Part shown: positions 60,902-64,000 of the stretch, piece after piece
Numbering within the stretch: position 1 is the stretch's first letter
Layout of the letters: the number at the start of each line of letters is the position of its first letter
Virus record (IMG/VR): IMGVR_UViG_3300027747_004417
Reading direction: 5' to 3' (one strand)
Origin: a virus
Length of the DNA stretch: 64,000 bases
Notes under the pieces: model-generated
Databases searched by the model: none
What the model was told of the DNA's origin: nothing
The model's input: only the letters and a program-made list of their open reading frames with translations
Translations under genes and position numbers: made by a program

Positions 60902-63900
60902 TTATGAAACTGCTTTTGCTCCTAGATTTACTGTTGCTTTTCCAGGTCCTTGACCAACATTTCCTGATACTCTTCTATAATAGTTAGTTGGCTTGCCAAC
61001 TACATTCTTGGGTACGGTGCTACCTGGTTCTCCACCCTCTCCGGTACTTGCCTGCGACTTTGGCTTAAGCATTTCTAGGAATTGTTCAAATAGTTCTTTC
61101 ATTTGGTTTAGTACCACTGTTTGTTCTTCTGTTTCTGTGGTAAGAGCTCCTAGCTCTGGCGACACCACCTCTGATTTAGCTGGCGATAGCGAAGCTTTGT
61201 CTTTCATCAACTTCTGTTCTATGTTGGCTCTGTTTGCCGCAGTCGGAGAAGCTGTGCTTACAGCCACTGGAACTGTAGTTGATGGTTTGCCCCCAACAGA
61301 TTCTACTTGGCTTGGAATGGCTGCTTCTAAGCTGGTTCCCGGCATCGCGTTGCCTATATGAGATTCTTTTATAGATCCATAGGACAAGTTTCTTCCTGAA
61401 ACAACTTCGTCTATGTGCCTAATTGATTCTGGTGATGACAATTTACCTGATAAATTCTCAGTTGGTGCAGGATGATATTTTTCGCTCCATTCATCCGTGA
61501 ATTGACTCTTAAAGTTTGTTGGAGTCATTTTTCTTGTTTCTTGAACGGCCACATCAGACAAGGAGCTTTCTACTTTATTCGTTGGTGCTTCAACATTAGC
61601 TGCTAAAGAGCTTTCTGCTTTAGCTGTAGGTGTTTCAACGTTAGTTGTAGATTCTTTTGATGTTGCTGATTTCTTAGTTCCTCCTCCAAACAAGCCCTCT
61701 ACTATCCATCCCGCATTTACGGCTGAGGCGGCTGCGTATAAAGCATTGTACATAGCACCAGGGATGGCGGATAAAAGAGAGGTTATGCCATCGAATATTG
61801 TTTTGCCTAACCAAACGGGTAGATCAAAGAATATGGCTTTCATTCCGCTGATTATTAAACCTCCCAATAAAGATGGAAGCGTAACAAACACAGCTTTTAT
61901 TCCGTTAAGCACTACTGATCCCAATGATCCCAAAGCAGACAAAAGCATTGTTGGAAGCTTGACAAACACCGCTTGCAACCCAGCTAATGCTAAAGAGGCT
62001 AAAGAACCCAAACCAGACATTATCATTTGAGGCAAATCACTCAAAACAAACTTAAGTCCACCTAGTACAAATTTTCCTATCATTTTAGGAATGCCCATAA
62101 AAACCATCTTCAAACCAGATAATATTATAGAACCTAAGGAACCTAATCCGCTTAAAACTAGATTTGGCAAATCAACAAACACGGCTTTTAATCCGGATAT
62201 TAATAAGCCGCCAATCATTACTGGTAGATCAACAAATACGGCTTTTAATCCGGATATTAACAAGCCGCCAATCATTACCGGTAGATCAACAAATACAGCC
62301 TTTAGTCCGGAGTTGATTGTGTTTCCCATAGAACCGATGTCAAATACACCCTTTTCTTTTCCTTCTGCTTTGCCCGCAGATGCAAGAACTGCCTTCTCAG
62401 TGTTCTGGACTGGCGATACAGACGTGGCGTCCGTTTGTTTGCTCTGCACTAAAGAGGACTCCACAGCAGCGGTTGGAGAGGTTACTGATAATCCCGTTTC
62501 TTTTTTCTGTGCCAATGATGATTCTATTTCTGACGTGGCTGAAACGGTCCCTGGTCCTGGGGCTGGGTGGTACTTTTCACTCCACTCATCTGTGAATTGA
62601 CTCTTAAAGTTTGTTGGAGTCATTTGTCTTGTTTGAGTTTCTTGAATAGCAGCGGACTCAACAGTCGCTATTGGTGTAGCAACTTGTCCAATCGCTGGAA
62701 TAGCAGCGGACTCAACAGTTGCTGTTGGTGTAGCAACTTGTCCAATCGCTGGAAGAGAGCTTAGTATTTCTAACATTGGAGCAACAGAACCTAAGTTTAT
62801 TGCTACTTCTATTAGTCTGTTAAGACCGGATTCTATTCCGTCTATGTTAGCTAGGCTTTCTTCAAAGGCAGATAAAGCTCCTGTTATAGTTGTAAGAGCC
62901 TGTGCAAAAGTATTTAAGTTGGGTCCTGCGTCTGCAAGTCTTACAATATTATCTAAGGTTGAACTGTTTCCCCCAAAGAAGCTTATCCAACCAGCAGCAG
63001 CAGTTGCTGCAGAGAAAGCTATTATGGCTCCGGACAGAACAACAAGTCCTCCTGCTATGCCAACAAGGCCCGCAGCTTTTTCTAGGCTCACCGCTCCTAA
63101 AAAGTTAACCATTCCATCTGCTACCGCAGTTATTATTCCGCTTATTCCGCCCAACACTGTCGATATAACACCTCCAAATGCTGCAACTAAAGGAGACAAA
63201 GTACTTAATGCATATCCAAGAGGTATAAGGGCAGCACCCAGCCCTGCTATCGCTAGTATGCCTAGCCACATCATGGGGTTAGCAGCAGCTGAGCCAAAGC
63301 TTGTCAAACCTGTTGACAATGCAGTCAAACCAGAAGTAACCAAACCAGACATTGCTCCTAGTATGGCTAATCCTGGTAAAGCTGGTAACAGACCAAGTAA
63401 GCCTATTGAAGATAGTAATATGGCTCCTGCTCCTAGTAAAACCTTGCCGCTGGCCATGGACTTTAGACCCTCTGCTAGACCTCCAAGAGATGCTGCAATC
63501 TTTTTTCCGTCTGTTTTCTCTATTAGTTTGGCTCCAAGGAATCCAGGTATCATAGCCGTCAAACCAATTCCTGTTGGAATTAAGTTAAGAGCTCCTAAGA
63601 AAGATTCTTTATTTGCAAAGCTTTTAAGTCCTTCTGCTAAATTTTTGAGTGCTTCTTTGACTCCTTCAAAATTGCCCTTTACTGATTCACCTGCTTCACC
63701 AATCTTCTTAACGTTCTCTACAGGGGCTACTGCTGCTGTGGGAGCTCCAACTGAGGCGACTGCACCCTCTGGACCGGCCTTCTTGGAGAACAAGGACTTA
63801 ACAGCACCACCTGCTGAACTGATTCCACCTTGTGCTTTTTCTTTTAGTCCCTTTAGGGCTCCGCCCGCTAAGGTCATACCTTTCTTTCCATATTCTTTTA

Positions 63901-64000
63901 TGCTACTGAAAGCATTGCCTGCTATTTCTGATATTGATTTTCCTTTGGTCAAAGACATAAATTGAGAAGTCATTCCTCTTGAAAGAGACTTAAATACTCC
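60902..64000 (-). CDS. Tape measure protein, 5'-truncated
   Basis: Frame is open to base 64000. Ala/Gly/Leu-rich amphipathic repeats (LKAVFVDLP), positioned upstream of the tube initiator and hub genes. Confidence 0.8.
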   Translation of the reverse strand, partial: GVFKSLSRGMTSQFMSLTKGKSISEIAGNAFSSIKEYGKKGMTLAGGALKGLKEKAQGGISSAGGAVKSLFSKKAGPEGAVASVGAPTAAVAPVENVKKIGEAGESVKGNFEGVKEALKNLAEGLKSFANKESFLGALNLIPTGIGLTAMIPGFLGAKLIEKTDGKKIAASLGGLAEGLKSMASGKVLLGAGAILLSSIGLLGLLPALPGLAILGAMSGLVTSGLTALSTGLTSFGSAAANPMMWLGILAIAGLGAALIPLGYALSTLSPLVAAFGGVISTVLGGISGIITAVADGMVNFLGAVSLEKAAGLVGIAGGLVVLSGAIIAFSAATAAAGWISFFGGNSSTLDNIVRLADAGPNLNTFAQALTTITGALSAFEESLANIDGIESGLNRLIEVAINLGSVAPMLEILSSLPAIGQVATPTATVESAAIPAIGQVATPIATVESAAIQETQTRQMTPTNFKSQFTDEWSEKYHPAPGPGTVSATSEIESSLAQKKETGLSVTSPTAAVESSLVQSKQTDATSVSPVQNTEKAVLASAGKAEGKEKGVFDIGSMGNTINSGLKAVFVDLPVMIGGLLISGLKAVFVDLPVMIGGLLISGLKAVFVDLPNLVLSGLGSLGSIILSGLKMVFMGIPKMIGKFVLGGLKFVLSDLPQMIMSGLGSLASLALAGLQAVFVKLPTMLLSALGSLGSVVLNGIKAVFVTLPSLLGGLIISGMKAIFFDLPVWLGKTIFDGITSLLSAIPGAMYNALYAAASAVNAGWIVEGLFGGGTKKSATSKESTTNVETPTAKAESSLAANVEAPTNKVESSLSDVAVQETRKMTPTNFKSQFTDEWSEKYHPAPTENLSGKLSSPESIRHIDEVVSGRNLSYGSIKESHIGNAMPGTSLEAAIPSQVESVGGKPSTTVPVAVSTASPTAANRANIEQKLMKDKASLSPAKSEVVSPELGALTTETEEQTVVLNQMKELFEQFLEMLKPKSQASTGEGGEPGSTVPKNVVGKPTNYYRRVSGNVGQGPGKATVNLGAKAVS

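Noticed and set aside
61463-62623. Diversity-generating retroelement TR/VR pair
   Set aside because: Differences are synonymous third-position changes rather than adenine-specific, and no reverse transcriptase is in the window.
62844-63965. 373-aa plus-strand ORF (also 47783-48589, 30602-31132)
   Set aside because: These are antisense shadows of the tape measure, coiled-coil and sheath genes.
28163-64000. Contractile injection system (eCIS/T6SS) rather than phage
   Set aside because: Portal, protease, scaffold, capsid, neck, late sigma and tRNA genes occur in the same window.
1-64000. Stop-codon reassignment as in some jumbo phages
   Set aside because: Core genes are full length in code 11, and TAG, TGA and TAA all end genes at sensible positions next to downstream starts.

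Overview
This is a 64-kb AT-rich segment of a large T4-like (contractile-tailed, probably jumbo) phage genome, read in standard code 11, and both ends are truncated ORFs. It carries most of the virion module. Head genes are an intein-containing portal (gp20), a large core protein, gp21 protease, gp22 scaffold and gp23 capsid. Tail genes are gp14/gp15-like neck proteins, sheath, two tube paralogs, gp6/gp25/gp5/hub/gp53-like baseplate genes, three paralogous PKD appendage genes and a partial tape measure gene. A gp55-like late sigma factor, tRNA-Ala(TGC) and a free-standing HNH are also present. Interleaved accessory genes are unusual: a set of protein/glycan-modifying enzymes (Maf-like, GT60, GT7-like, GT2s, sulfotransferase-like, SET methyltransferase), an actin-like ATPase followed by five phased 10-bp repeats, an RNA ligase/deaminase pair and several small proteins with T4-like capsid-targeting N-termini. 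The strongest leads are (i) a candidate virion O-glycosylation system next to a mucin-like Thr/Pro repeat fibre, (ii) a ParMRC-like actin cassette and (iii) an unannotated -1 frameshift extension of the gp26-like hub chaperone. All family calls come from motif recognition by eye; no database searches were run, and the host cannot be determined from this window.
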